Assembly: GCA_041602695.1 (NCBI GenBank)
Contig: JBFIFS010000006.1
Location: 1-52,649 of the forward strand
DNA from: Kiritimatiellia bacterium
GTDB taxonomy: Bacteria; Verrucomicrobiota; Kiritimatiellia; UBA8416; JBFIFS01
DNA: 52,649 nucleotides
Direction: 5' to 3'
A program made the position numbers and the translations under genes. Numbering within the stretch: the first letter of the stretch is position 1; each line of letters begins with the position of its first letter. Positions 9,085-20,400 of this stretch are shown piece by piece. The notes under the pieces are model-generated. The model searched no databases. It was given only the letters and a program-made list of their open reading frames with translations, and was not told where the DNA came from.

Positions 9085-9903
9085 ATGGCAACACTTCCAG
9101 GATCAAAAGCTGTCTCTGTAATAAAGAAAGCGTTCGGCATCACTTCTGTAGACCTCGTAATAGTTCTCGGCTCCGGGTGGTCAGAGCTTGTTGCGGCGCT
9201 CAAACCGAGCAATTCAATCCCCTACTCAAGGTTGCCCGGCATGGGAAAGACGTCTGTCAAAGGACACGCCGGCAAGCTGCATCTTCTGAAGGAATCCGGA
9301 AAGACGGTCCTCATCTTCCAAGGACGACGCCATTTCTATGAAGGTGCTGGATGGGATCCTGTCCTCATGCCTGTCTACATAGCGGTGAGATTGAAGGCCT
9401 CTAACATCATGCTCACGAATGCCGCCGGAGGCATAGCGGCAAGGCTTAAGCCAGGCATGCTTATGATGATCACCGATCATATCAATATGATGGGGACCAA
9501 CCCCCTGCTCGGGCCTCACAATCCGATGCTCGGGCAACGGTTCCCTGACCAGACCGAAGTATATAACAGAACGCTTTGCCGCAAGCTGAAGGCCGCTGCT
9601 GGAACGGCGGGTACCACCCTGGCCTCAGGGACTTACATGGCCGTAACAGGACCCACTTATGAGACACCTGCGGAAGTCGCCGCGTTCAAGTGCCTTGGCG
9701 CCGACGCGATCGGCATGTCGACTGTACCCGAGGCGATGACAGCCAATGCTGCCGGGATCGCCGTCTGCGCGCTGTCCTGCATCGCTAACTCCGCGTCGGG
9801 CTCCTCCGAAGTTACCCACGAGGAAGTCCTGGCGAATACGACGCGTGTAATGCCGGCAATGGCAAAGACAATAAAGCACTTCTGTAAATCCCTGAAGAGA
9901 TAA
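9085..9903 (+). CDS. punA: Purine nucleoside phosphorylase, trimeric (PunA/XapA type)
   Basis: VLGSG, GHAG, QGRRHFYEG, TNAAGG, GPTYETPAE and GMSTVPE motifs. ATG 9085 preferred over TTG 9013, which falls at the end of the candidate RNA. Confidence 0.92.
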   Translation: MATLPGSKAVSVIKKAFGITSVDLVIVLGSGWSELVAALKPSNSIPYSRLPGMGKTSVKGHAGKLHLLKESGKTVLIFQGRRHFYEGAGWDPVLMPVYIAVRLKASNIMLTNAAGGIAARLKPGMLMMITDHINMMGTNPLLGPHNPMLGQRFPDQTEVYNRTLCRKLKAAAGTAGTTLASGTYMAVTGPTYETPAEVAAFKCLGADAIGMSTVPEAMTANAAGIAVCALSCIANSASGSSEVTHEEVLANTTRVMPAMAKTIKHFCKSLKR

Positions 9904-9905
9904 TA

Positions 9906-11129
9906 ATGGGATCAGCCCGACAGTGCGCGATACGTATTGTCCGCCGGCTCCAGGATGCTGGCTTTGATACATATCTTGCCGGCGGCTGCGTCCGGGACAT
10001 GCTCATGGGCAGGACCCCCAGGGACTATGATATTGCAACAGCGGCTACACCTGAAAAGGTCCAGACTCTGATACAGAGGACCAAGCCAATCGGAAAGGCC
10101 TTCGGCGTCATCCAGGCTCAGGCACAAGGGCATTTCTTTGAAATAGCCACATTCCGTTCAGACAACGAATATCGCGACGGCAGGCGCCCCTCATCAGTGA
10201 CTTTCACCGATCCGCGGCACGATGCAATGCGCAGGGACTTCACAGTAAACGGCATGTTCTTTGACCCGGTTGCCGAAGTATACATCGACTATGTAGGGGG
10301 CATACCGGACATAGCCTCTAAACTCATCAGGACTGTCGGCACACCCGACGCACGGTTCAAGGAGGACCATTTGAGAATGCTGCGGGCCGTGCGCTTCTCG
10401 CAGTCGCTCGACTTTGCCATTGAGCAGGGCACGGCAGCCTCAATCCGCACCAATTCCAGCCTGATAAAACAGATAAGTGCCGAAAGAGTTCAAAATGAGC
10501 TCTTTCGCATATTGACCGAGTCTCCTCTTCCTGGTCGGGCCTTGCTGCTGCTCGACAAACTCCGGCTCCTCGGCAATGTCCTGCCATTAACTGCAGGATC
10601 GCACTCAGCCACCCAGCTTAAGAAAACCGCCGGGCTCCTCAACAGCCTGGCCGGAGAGCCACTTGAGACGCTGCTCGCCGCCCTGTTCCTCAGGACGGGG
10701 GCACCTCCCGGCACGGCGGTCAGCCTGTCTCTGCTTGCCCGTATCCGACAGGAGACAGGTGCTGAACTTAGCGCGCTTAAGGCGGCCCGTGCCGTTACAA
10801 AGAACGTCATCAGGACACAGCACGTATACTGGAGCCTGGCCGCTCGCAAGCATCCTCCAAGGGATCTTCTTCCGGAATTGATAACACCTCAGGCAAAAAC
10901 AGCAATCGTGATCCGAGGGGCCACATCCCCTGGGCACGCCGTCTCACTTCGGAAGACGCGCTCAACCGTACAGCGACGCCTGCGGGCAAAGACAATCACG
11001 GGCTCTGACCTGAAGGCTCTCGGAATCAGTCCGGGCCCGCGTATGGCCAAGCTTCTGAAAGAGGCCCTGATACTGCAATGCGAGGGAATGAAGCGACAGG
11101 AGATCCTGACAAAGCTTACGCGATCTTAA
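9906..11129 (+). CDS. cca: CCA-adding tRNA nucleotidyltransferase (class II)
   Basis: GGCVRD-x8-[24 protein letters not shown] and ISAERV motifs, plus a C-terminal ITGSDL..GISPGP tail. Lacks the poly(A) polymerase [LIV]GRRF signature (has IGKAF). Confidence 0.85.
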   Translation: MGSARQCAIRIVRRLQDAGFDTYLAGGCVRDMLMGRTPRDYDIATAATPEKVQTLIQRTKPIGKAFGVIQAQAQGHFFEIATFRSDNEYRDGRRPSSVTFTDPRHDAMRRDFTVNGMFFDPVAEVYIDYVGGIPDIASKLIRTVGTPDARFKEDHLRMLRAVRFSQSLDFAIEQGTAASIRTNSSLIKQISAERVQNELFRILTESPLPGRALLLLDKLRLLGNVLPLTAGSHSATQLKKTAGLLNSLAGEPLETLLAALFLRTGAPPGTAVSLSLLARIRQETGAELSALKAARAVTKNVIRTQHVYWSLAARKHPPRDLLPELITPQAKTAIVIRGATSPGHAVSLRKTRSTVQRRLRAKTITGSDLKALGISPGPRMAKLLKEALILQCEGMKRQEILTKLTRS

Positions 11130-12384
11130 GCTGGCCGCCTACATCCTGCTCAAGCCGGGCTTTCTGCTTCTTGATCATGGCTTTTGTGATCCTGATGCTC
11201 TCGTTCTTGGAAAGGCTGGGCGCTTCATACATTACGTCGAGCATTACCTTCTCTACAATCGCGCGCAGGCCCCTTGCTCCGGTCTTACGCTTGATGGCCA
11301 TCTTTGCCAGCTCACTAAGCGCCGTCTCGGCGAATGAGAGGCTGATACCCTCCATTGCCATGAGCTTCTGATATTGCTTAACCATGCAGTTTTTCGGCTC
11401 AACCATGATTCTTACCAGCTGTTCCTCGTTGAGATCCTCGAGGACGGACACTATGGGTATACGACCGGTAAACTCAGGAATGAGTCCGTACTTGATAAGG
11501 TCCTCCGGCTCAACTTCCGCCATGACCTGCACATCCTTCTTTTCCTGGTCAAGCTTTGCGGCCGCACCGAACCCGAGTGCCTGCGTTCCTACCCTTCGCT
11601 TCACAATGTCCTCGAGGCCGACAAAAGCTCCTCCGCAGATGAACAGAATGTGCTCGGTATTAATCCGAATATACTCCTGCTGAGGATGCTTCCTGCCGCC
11701 CTGCGGCGGAACCTTGGAAACCGTTCCCTCCAGGATCTTCAGCAACGCCTGCTGAACACCTTCACCCGAGACGTCCCGCGTAATTGAAACGTTCTCCGTG
11801 CGACGGCCTATCTTATCGATCTCATCAATATAGATGATCCCCATTTCGGCACGACTGACATCAAAGTTCGCGTTGTGAATCAGGTTGAGCAGGATGTTCT
11901 CAACGTCTTCGCCAACATACCCGGCCTCTGTAAGGTTCGTAGCGTCGGCGATCGCGAACGGCACATCCAGCATCTTCGCCAGGGTCCTCGCGAGCAGAGT
12001 CTTCCCGCTCCCCGTAGGACCGATAAGCATGATATTGCTTTTCTCGATCTCCACATTTGAAAGCTCGGAATCCCCTTCGATTATCTCATGCTGTTTCAAG
12101 CGCTTGTAGTGGTTGTGCACTGCTACTGACAGGACCTTCTTGGCATGGTCCTGCCCCACAACATGCAGGTCCAAATAGTCTTTTATCTCGCGCGGCTTTG
12201 GAATCTTCAGGTTCTTGGTTGAAGCTGAAGCCGGCGTTTCCGCCTTGCCTTCTTCCTTAACAAGCGAATCGCAAAGCCTTACGCATTCATCGCAGATATT
12301 CACGTTCGGGCCTGCGACCAGCTTTCGCACCTCCGCACGTTTCCTGCCACAAAATGAACATGTTGCATCGCGCGACTTGGACAT
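11116..12384 (-). CDS. clpX: ATP-dependent Clp protease ATPase subunit ClpX
   Basis: CSFC...CDEC zinc finger, [35 protein letters not shown], and LGF as the IGF-loop equivalent. Confidence 0.98.
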   Translation of the reverse strand: MSKSRDATCSFCGRKRAEVRKLVAGPNVNICDECVRLCDSLVKEEGKAETPASASTKNLKIPKPREIKDYLDLHVVGQDHAKKVLSVAVHNHYKRLKQHEIIEGDSELSNVEIEKSNIMLIGPTGSGKTLLARTLAKMLDVPFAIADATNLTEAGYVGEDVENILLNLIHNANFDVSRAEMGIIYIDEIDKIGRRTENVSITRDVSGEGVQQALLKILEGTVSKVPPQGGRKHPQQEYIRINTEHILFICGGAFVGLEDIVKRRVGTQALGFGAAAKLDQEKKDVQVMAEVEPEDLIKYGLIPEFTGRIPIVSVLEDLNEEQLVRIMVEPKNCMVKQYQKLMAMEGISLSFAETALSELAKMAIKRKTGARGLRAIVEKVMLDVMYEAPSLSKNESIRITKAMIKKQKARLEQDVGGQLKIA

Positions 12385-13017
12385 CTACTTGTCCTTCTTC
12401 TTAGCAGACTTCTTCGGCTGCTTCTTAGCAGAAACTACCTCGTCCACGAGGCCGTACTTGCAGGCCTCGTCAGCGGACATGAAGAAGTCCCTGTCGGTGT
12501 CCTTCTCCAGCGCGCTCACGGGCTTGCCGGTATGCGAAGCCAGTATGGCATTGATCGAATCCTTCAGGCGCAGTATCTCCTGGGCCTGTATATGAATATC
12601 AGAAGCCTGGCCCTGTGCTCCGCCCCACGGCTGATGGATCATTATGCGGGCGTTTGGCAAAGCATACCGCTTTCCCGCTGCCCCGGCGGCCAGCAGCACG
12701 GCCCCCATGCTCGCGGCCTGCCCAACGCAGTAGGTGGCCACATCGCATTTCAGGAACTGAATGGTGTCATAAATGGCCAGCCCTGCTGTTACGGAACCAC
12801 CCGGCGAGTTTATATAGAGGCTTATATCCTTTTCCGCATCTTCGGCCTGGAGAAACAAGAGCTGGGCAATAATCAGATTGGCGAACTCATCACAAATGCC
12901 CGTTCCAATAAAGATTATCCGGTCCTTAAGCAGCCGGGAAAAGATGTCGTAAGAACGCTCCCCGCGGCCTGTCTGCTCTATCACAAAAGGAACTAAAGCT
13001 TGGTTTTTCTCAGTCAT
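12385..13017 (-). CDS. clpP: Clp protease proteolytic subunit ClpP
   Basis: [30 protein letters not shown] and DTDRD motifs. ATG 13017 follows a GGAG SD. Confidence 0.98.
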   Translation of the reverse strand: MTEKNQALVPFVIEQTGRGERSYDIFSRLLKDRIIFIGTGICDEFANLIIAQLLFLQAEDAEKDISLYINSPGGSVTAGLAIYDTIQFLKCDVATYCVGQAASMGAVLLAAGAAGKRYALPNARIMIHQPWGGAQGQASDIHIQAQEILRLKDSINAILASHTGKPVSALEKDTDRDFFMSADEACKYGLVDEVVSAKKQPKKSAKKKDK

Positions 13018-13029
13018 CGAGCTCTCCAA

Positions 13030-14325
13030 TTACTTGATTTTAGCGTTCTCATACAGGAATTCAAGGGTCTTCTCCGCCCGGACCTCGCTTCGAAGCCCCT
13101 CGATGCTGTTCCGCTTTTCCATCTCGGCACGGAACTTCTCAGGCGGCATGCCGTAGCGCTGTGCCATATCCGCGATCCTATCGTCCAGCTCCTTGTCCTC
13201 AACCTTGATCTCTTCCTGATCGGCGATCTTGCTGAGAACATAAGAGCTGCGCACGCGTTCCTCTGAACTTTTCGAGGCCTGGTCGAGAATCGTGTCACGC
13301 TGCTGCTCGATCTGCTCTTTTGAAGCTCCCTGCATTGCAATGCGGTTAACAATGTTCCTGACCATCGCGGCCTTCTCCTGCTCAACAACAGACTGAGGCA
13401 CATCCATTTTCACCTTCTTCAGCAGGTGCTGGATGATTTCACCTTTGAGGCGGTCCTTTTCGTTGCGTTCCGCCGTCTCAAGGAGCTCCTTGGCAATAGT
13501 TTCTCGCAGAGCGGCGGGTGAGGCGGCATCAAATTTCTTAGCAAACTCGTCATCCAGTTCCGGGAGGATCCGTTCACGGATGCCGGTGACCTTTACTTTG
13601 TAAGCGGCCTTCATGCCCTGCAGTGAAGCCATGCGATAGTCCGCAGGAAACTCAACATCGACCAGGCGCTCTTCGTCCCTCTTTGCACCCACGATGCCCT
13701 TCGAAAGGCCCGGGATCACATCGGCTTCCCCCACCATGAGCGAGAAATCGCTGCCCTTTGACACAACAGAAGCTTCTTCTGAGATATCGGAGATTGGCTT
13801 GCCGTCGATCTCACCTGTAAAATCGCACTTAACAAAGTCGCCATCCTTGACGGCCCTGTCGCCGGCCTCTTCATAACGGGCCGAACTTGAGCGGAGCCGT
13901 TCGATTGCCTCATCGACTTCCTTGTCCTCTATGGCCACCTTGTTCTTCTTGAGCGCGATCTTGTTGTATCGAGGCAGCTTAAATTCCGGCGCAACGTCCA
14001 GCGTCACCTTGAAGGAAAGTCCTGCTTCCTTGTCAAACTCGACATCGTGCACGTCAATGACGGCTATGGGATTGGCCTTTTCCTTTTCGAGGGCCTCACG
14101 GTACATTTGGGGAACGAGCCTGTCTTTCGCGTCCTCGATAAGCTCTTTCTTGAACTTCCGCTCTACGACGGTTTCCGGGGCCTTCCCTCTCCTGAAACCG
14201 GGTATTCTCGCCTGCTGGCGATAGACCTTGAGCAGATTATTGTATTCCGGCATCACTTCCTCGGTCGGAGCGGAAACTTCGAGCAGCTTCCTGCATGGAC
14301 CGGCATTTTCCAACTTGGTCTTCAT
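13030..14325 (-). CDS. tig: Trigger factor
   Basis: IPGFRRGKAP signature, FKBP-like middle domain, tig-clpP-clpX order. ATG 14325 has a GGAG SD. Confidence 0.96.
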   Translation of the reverse strand: MKTKLENAGPCRKLLEVSAPTEEVMPEYNNLLKVYRQQARIPGFRRGKAPETVVERKFKKELIEDAKDRLVPQMYREALEKEKANPIAVIDVHDVEFDKEAGLSFKVTLDVAPEFKLPRYNKIALKKNKVAIEDKEVDEAIERLRSSSARYEEAGDRAVKDGDFVKCDFTGEIDGKPISDISEEASVVSKGSDFSLMVGEADVIPGLSKGIVGAKRDEERLVDVEFPADYRMASLQGMKAAYKVKVTGIRERILPELDDEFAKKFDAASPAALRETIAKELLETAERNEKDRLKGEIIQHLLKKVKMDVPQSVVEQEKAAMVRNIVNRIAMQGASKEQIEQQRDTILDQASKSSEERVRSSYVLSKIADQEEIKVEDKELDDRIADMAQRYGMPPEKFRAEMEKRNSIEGLRSEVRAEKTLEFLYENAKIK

Positions 14326-14402
14326 ACTAGACAATCTCCATATATCTAAAAGAAATAGGTAACATTAGCGACTGGACAGCCGATGTCGAGCCTTGAACTT
14401 GT

Positions 14403-15806
14403 CTATTCCTTCATCGATAGAAGGAATTCGATGTTGTTCTTGGTCTTCTTAAGGCGGTTTATGATCATTTCCATGGCTTCCACAGGCGGAACGCCATTAA
14501 TCGCCCTTCTTAAGATCCATATCTTGCTAAGCTCATCAGGATGGAGCAGAAGCTCCTCTTTTCTCGTCCCAGACTTCTCAATGTTGATCGCGGGGAACAC
14601 GCGCTTGTCGACAAGGGTCCTGTCAAGGCAGAGCTCCATGTTGCCTGTGCCCTTGAACTCTTCAAAAATTACCTCGTCCATCCTGCTGCCGGTCTCCACC
14701 AGGGCAGTCGCAAGAATAGTCAGGCTTCCACCGTCCTCGATGTTGCGCGCGGCAGCAAAGAACCTGCGGGGTTTGTGCAATGCATTTGCATCCACGCCGC
14801 CGGAGAGGATTTTTCCACTGTGAGGCTGAAGGGTGTTGTACGCCCTTGCAAGCCTGGTGATACTGTCCAGGAGGATGACTACATCCTTACCGCTCTCCAC
14901 CATGCGCTTCGACATTTCGATAACCAGCTCCGCAATCTGCACGTGGCGTTCCGGAGTTTCATCAAACGTAGAACTGATGACATGCGCCTTGGTATTGCGA
15001 ATCATGTCCGTAACTTCTTCAGGACGCTCATCCACCAGAAGAATGATTAAATACGCGTCCGGATTGCTTGCCGAGATGGCGTTCGCCACCTGCTGCATCA
15101 ATACAGTCTTGCCGGTCCGCGGCGGCGAGACGATGAGGCCGCGCTGCCCCTTTCCTATAGGCGTAAAAAGGTCCATGACGCGCATGGATATGTCCTTCGG
15201 GTCCGACTCCAGCGCCAGACGCTGGTCAGGAAATATGGGCGTTAAGTCGCTGAACGGAATCTTGGCCCGTGATTTCTCAGGCGCGTCGCCGTTGATCTTG
15301 TCGACCCTAAGCAGCGCGAAGAAACGCTCCTTTTCTTTTGGTTCCCGGATTTCACCTTCGACAAAATCGCCCGTCCTCAGAGAGAGGCGGCGGATCTGTG
15401 AAGGAGAAACATAGATGTCTTCCGGACAGGGCTGGTAATTGCTGTGGGGAGACCTCAGGAAGCCGAATCCGTCAGGAAGCTGCTCCAGGACCCCCTGGCT
15501 GTACATCGTGCCGGACTGCTGGGCATGGCCTTTAAGAATCTCGAAAATGAGCTCATGCTTGCGCATCGCGCCGAGTTCGGTCAGGTCCAGTTCTTCGGCA
15601 AGCCCATGCAGTTCAGGAACTGTCTTCTCCTGGAGCTCCACCAGGTTAAGAGTAATGCCTTCACGCTCAGTACCGATACGCTCAACACCGTTACCGTTGC
15701 TCTCTTCAGAACCGCCAACGTTTCCGTCAGTGTTGCCGCCGCGGCCGCCATTGCCGTAATTTCGCTTCGGACGGGATCTTCCGCCCCTTCGTGGACTTCT
15801 TGCCAT
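14403..15806 (-). CDS. rho: Transcription termination factor Rho
   Basis: DGFGFLR RNP1-like motif, YVSPSQI, PIGKGQR, PPRTGKT Walker [29 protein letters not shown]. Confidence 0.98.
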   Translation of the reverse strand: MARSPRRGGRSRPKRNYGNGGRGGNTDGNVGGSEESNGNGVERIGTEREGITLNLVELQEKTVPELHGLAEELDLTELGAMRKHELIFEILKGHAQQSGTMYSQGVLEQLPDGFGFLRSPHSNYQPCPEDIYVSPSQIRRLSLRTGDFVEGEIREPKEKERFFALLRVDKINGDAPEKSRAKIPFSDLTPIFPDQRLALESDPKDISMRVMDLFTPIGKGQRGLIVSPPRTGKTVLMQQVANAISASNPDAYLIILLVDERPEEVTDMIRNTKAHVISSTFDETPERHVQIAELVIEMSKRMVESGKDVVILLDSITRLARAYNTLQPHSGKILSGGVDANALHKPRRFFAAARNIEDGGSLTILATALVETGSRMDEVIFEEFKGTGNMELCLDRTLVDKRVFPAINIEKSGTRKEELLLHPDELSKIWILRRAINGVPPVEAMEMIINRLKKTKNNIEFLLSMKE

Positions 15807-15808
15807 GT

Positions 15809-16399
15809 CTATTTCTCCAGTATCCTGTTCATTACTCGATCAATTTGAATCTTAAGCTCTTTAAGCGACCCGTTGTTACATATCACGTAGTCCGCGCGCT
15901 TGGCCTTCTCGCCGGGTTTCATCTGTGCGGCAAGCCACTTGGCCGCTTCCTCAGCCGAAATACCTCTCTCCGCCAGCCGCGCTACCTGCGCGGTCCTGTC
16001 CGCGTACAGAGAGATAACTGCGTCCCAACCATCGCCCTGACCTGCTTCGTACAACAGTGGCACAACGACTACGGCAGCAACCATGTCTTTCGGCCTGTCG
16101 TCAAGCCATTCCTCCCATTTGCGAATGACATGCGGGTGGACAATCGCGTTCAGCTTCTCACGCCTCTCAACGTTACCCATCACCACACGGCCCAGCGCCT
16201 TACGGTCAATATCGCCTTCCGGTCCGAATACTTCCGGTCCAAAGCATCTCTTAACGTCCCTGTATACCTTGGAACCCGGCCGCATCAGGTCCCTGGCTAT
16301 CTCATCTGCCTCGATGACATCGAAACCCATTTCCGAGATAAGCCCGGCAGATACGGATTTTCCGCAGGCTATCCCGCCAGTGAGTGCTATCCGTAACAT
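15809..16399 (-). CDS. coaE: Dephospho-CoA kinase
   Basis: [11 protein letters not shown]-loop, ADEIAR, DRKALG, LNAIVHP, PLLYE. Confidence 0.95.
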   Translation of the reverse strand: MLRIALTGGIACGKSVSAGLISEMGFDVIEADEIARDLMRPGSKVYRDVKRCFGPEVFGPEGDIDRKALGRVVMGNVERREKLNAIVHPHVIRKWEEWLDDRPKDMVAAVVVVPLLYEAGQGDGWDAVISLYADRTAQVARLAERGISAEEAAKWLAAQMKPGEKAKRADYVICNNGSLKELKIQIDRVMNRILEK

Positions 16400-16493
16400 A
16401 TCAGCGCGAAATGGACCGAATTATCAAGGGATGACCAAGAATTACAGAAGTTGATTAAGGAATTAGAGCCTCGTACTGCTCTGAATTGTTAAA

Positions 16494-16522
16494 ATGCTAA
16501 TCTTAGAGACGCCGAGTGTCAA
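16494..16522 (-). promoter_or_regulatory. sigma70 promoter of coaE-rho
   Basis: Minus strand TTGACA-N17-TAGCAT, giving a leader of about 90 nt before coaE. Confidence 0.65.
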
Positions 16523-16542
16523 ACGTATTTTTGGCGCCAACT

Positions 16543-17409
16543 TCACTGCAGGAAGTGCCCCTCTTTGAGACGTTCCAACATGGAATCAAAATCCAACCTG
16601 GATAAATAGGCTTCAAGCCCTGAACCAAAGTGGGGTGTGAAGCGCAACTCGCTTTCGTCTACCCCGCACTCAACATCCTTGAGCGTAATCAGCTCCACGT
16701 TTCGGCTCAGGACTTCGCGGCTCTCCAGAATGGCGTTCCTTACCTTCTCGCGCTTTATCGATCCAGCATTGGCAATTATGCGCTCCAGGGATCCGTACTC
16801 GTCTAGAAGCTGTGCCGCCGTCTTGGCGCCCACTCCGGGAACGCCCCTGATATTGTCCGAGGAATCACCAACCATTGAAAGCCAGTCCACCACCTGCCAG
16901 GGGCTCACGCCGGTCTTCGCCATGACCCCTCCCTCATCCAGCACCTTCTTGTCCTTGCCTGGCAGGATCAGCTTCACATTGTCCCCTATTAACTGGAACA
17001 TGTCCTTGTCGCTCGTGAGGACGTACAGCTCCTCACATTCCCCGCGAAACTGCCTGACCAGCGACGCTATGGCATCATCGGCCTCTATCCCCTCGCCCAA
17101 AAACCAGAACATGCCGACCTCGTCAAGAAATTCATTTATGAGCGGCAGCTGGCTCTTCAATTCATCAGGCATGGGCGGCCGCTGGGCTTTGTATTCCGGG
17201 TGAAGTTGGGTGCGGGCCTCACTTAGACCTCCGTCAAACATGACTCCAACATGGGAAGGTTTGATATCGCGGAGAACGGACTCAAGCTGAAGTATGAATC
17301 CGTACACTGCGTTCACCGGAACACCGTCCCCTGCAGTCAGGTTCTTTATCGCGAAGAAAGACCTGTATACGCAGGCAAGACCGTCGACGAGAATAAGCTT
17401 GTTGATCAT
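16543..17409 (-). CDS. Stand-alone 5'-3' exonuclease/flap endonuclease (Pol I N-terminal domain-like)
   Basis: LVDG, NAVYGF, YKAQR, EADD, SDKD and GDSSDNIRGVPGVGAKTA (H3TH) motifs. Ends at 288 aa with no polymerase domain. Confidence 0.9.
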   Translation of the reverse strand: MINKLILVDGLACVYRSFFAIKNLTAGDGVPVNAVYGFILQLESVLRDIKPSHVGVMFDGGLSEARTQLHPEYKAQRPPMPDELKSQLPLINEFLDEVGMFWFLGEGIEADDAIASLVRQFRGECEELYVLTSDKDMFQLIGDNVKLILPGKDKKVLDEGGVMAKTGVSPWQVVDWLSMVGDSSDNIRGVPGVGAKTAAQLLDEYGSLERIIANAGSIKREKVRNAILESREVLSRNVELITLKDVECGVDESELRFTPHFGSGLEAYLSRLDFDSMLERLKEGHFLQ

Positions 17410-17451
17410 AGAATAATCAGCGCTAAACCTGAGCTATGAGGAGGCTCGCCC

Positions 17452-20400
17452 TTACGGAGCCGCAGTCGCTGTGGGCCCGCCTGCCCCTGTTGCGCCTGCG
17501 AGAGCTTCAATCTTGGACTCAACCGACCTGAGTTCCCTTCCGGCCGGATCCACAAGTCGCGCCGTCACAAAGATCAGCAGGTTCCGCTTCGAGCTGTGAT
17601 TGTACTTGCTCCTGAAGAGCCTGCCGAGTACCGGTATATCACCGAAGAACGGTATTCTGTCATCCACGTCGTTGCGGTGCTCCGTTATCATGCCGCCGAG
17701 AACCACGGTTGCGCCGTTGTAGATGGAAAGACTGGTCGTAACTGTCCTGACCTTGAAGAAGGGCTGCTCCATCGGAAGCTGCTGTATGTTTCCGTCAGGA
17801 TCGACATACGTTGAACCGTAGTTGCGCCACTCCGGCTCTCCAACAACCTGCGGGGTAAGCGTAAGGTTGATCAGCTGTCCTTCCGTGCTGACTTCAGGAA
17901 GCACTTCAAGCAGTACTCCCACTTCCCTTGTCTGGAAGCCGCCCGGCTGCACAATGCCGCCGACGATGGCCGCCGTTCCAGCACCGCCGCCTGAAGTTGC
18001 CGTGATCGGGGTCACCTCGAAATCAGTTGGGTAAATGTACTCAGTGACAACCTTGATTGTGGCCTGCTGCCCCGACTTCGTTGTCACCTTAGGTGCGGAC
18101 AAGAGGTCTGTGTTGCCTTTCTGGTTCAGCATATGAATGATCATCGAAAGCTCGGGGTTGGTCAGGACGGATGCCACTGACATCACGTCGTCAGCTCCTG
18201 TCACCGTCAGGACCGCTGACTGCTGCAGGTCCGACAGGAACCTGTTGCCCTTTGTAAATCCACCTGTTCCGTCGTTCGCGCCCATGACAACACGCTGGCG
18301 CTGGGAGCCGGGAATCATTCCCTGCCCCTTCCGCTGCTTGATCTCCCAGTCATCGGTCAGCATCCACTCGATGCCGAAAGAGTCGAGGTCCGTCTGCTGT
18401 ACCTCGACAAAACGCGCCTCGATCTCGATCTGGCTCGGCTGCACGTTGAATACATCCAGGATTCGCTCAAACAGGACCAGGTTGTCAGGCGTATTGGCAA
18501 CGAATATCTTTCCAACGGCAGGCATGTAAGTGATTGAGGAACCGCGCGGCCACGCAACGCCGAAGCCCGCAAAGAAATCTTTCCAGTCCGCCCTGTCGCC
18601 GGTGCCCAAGCCTGTAGCGTCAATCGTGTTGGCCCCACCAGCGTCACCGCCGAATCCGCCTCCAAACCCGCCGCCTCCGGTTGCCGCGGGCGCCGCCGGC
18701 GCCAGTGCATCAATCTTGGAGCTGATGTCGGAAAGAACATTATACATCCTGTGAACGATTTCCTGCTCCGGATCATCAATCGGCACAACCATTACTACGC
18801 TGCCCTTAATACGGTGCTTGAGGTTCGCCACTGACGTAACGATGTCCAGTGCTTCGAGTAGCGAGATATACCTCGCGCTGAAAGTGATTAGAGGGACGTC
18901 CGACGCGCCCCCAGGGGCGGCGGCAGGCTCCGCGGCGGCCGCGAACGGATCAGCCGGAGCTGCAATTGCCTCGGGCGCGGCCTGAGCGCCAGGCGTGGCC
19001 AGATTGAGGATTATGTTCACGCCCTTACGGCTGCTCTTCTCGTCCTTGTCAAAAGCTATGCTCTGCTCCTGCAGAAACTCGATAACGTCGTTGATGTTGG
19101 CCTGCCTGAAGTCAATCTCCGGTATGGTGATCGTCTTCAGCTTCTTCATGATCGCTTCGCGCTCTTTGTCGCTGTCGGTACGCGTCACATCAGAGTCGCC
19201 GGAGGTGCCGCGGGCCCTGACATATTCCTGTTCATTCTTCCCATAATCTCTTGGGTTCCAGGTATTGATGACATCCGCAACCATCTCGCGTCGCATGGTC
19301 TCACGCTCCATCTGCCCCGTGTCATTCAGGCGTCTGGCTACTTTCTCGAGCAGGCGAATTGCCTCAACATTGTGGGGATCATACTTGAGGATACTTTCGA
19401 ATACTTCCTGGGCCTTCTCATACTCCTCTGTCTGGAAGTACTGCTTGCCAAGGATGAACCGGCGCGCCACATCAGCTTCCAGTTCTGTATAGCCCTGAGT
19501 CTTGAGCAGGCCCTTGTCGTCGACCTCATTCACGCTGTATCTGCGCGAAAGGACCTTCGGCTTGGGAGCGGGCGGAGGAGGCCTGACTTCATCTTCCTGA
19601 ATAAGCTCAAGAAGCTTGGTTCCGTCCGGATGCCCGTACCGCTTCGATGCCTTGGCCATGTTCTTGGCCTTGTCCCATGTCCGCTCATGCCAGAAAATCT
19701 TTGCCTGCTCATAACAGCTGGCTGCAAGCCCGCGCATTATGCGCTGGCGCTCCGGCTCGAGCTCCTGCCTCAGCCCAAGGTACTGCCTCGCCTCCTCGTA
19801 AAGCTTGAGTGCCTTCTCGTATAGCTCATCCTGAAACGCCACCTCGGCCTCAAGCAGGGTCTGCAAAGCATGAGTTTCGTAGGCCTTTCTGCGCACGGCT
19901 TCCTGTGTAACCGCAGCCGAGACCGCGGCCACCCTCGGATCTACCTCAAGTGTGGCAAGATTCGGCACTGGCTCAACGCCGCTTGCCATTGCTTCTTCAA
20001 CAGAACTCTGAATAATTGCTTCACTGCCTGCAAACGCTGATTCAACCTTAAGGGCAGGTGCAGGACCCGGCGCCGGATCAATCCCGGGTATCGTTTCTAT
20101 CGACGGCATAGGCTCTCTGCCTGGAATAGGCTCGAGCTCGGGCAGAGGCTCTACTGCGGGAACCGGGGCCACCTCTGGTGCCGGCTCGACGGCCGGCACT
20201 GGGGCCACCTCTGGTGCCGGTTCAAGAACCGGGAGCGGCTCGAGTACGGGCAAAGGCTCTACGGCAGGAATCTCAGCAACAGGCAGCACTGGAGCCTCTT
20301 CAATCACCGGGAGCTCAGCAACAGGCAGCACAGGAGCCTCTTCAATCACCGGAATCTCGGCAACAGGCAGCACTGGAGCCTCTTCAATCACCGGAATCTC

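Noticed and set aside
9906-11129. Poly(A) polymerase pcnB
   Set aside because: Lacks the PAP-specific [LIV]G[RK][RK]F motif; CCA-type features fit better.
16470-16477. AGUACGAG loop resembling the 23S sarcin-ricin loop
   Set aside because: Only an 8-nt match without the rest of the motif; expected by chance.
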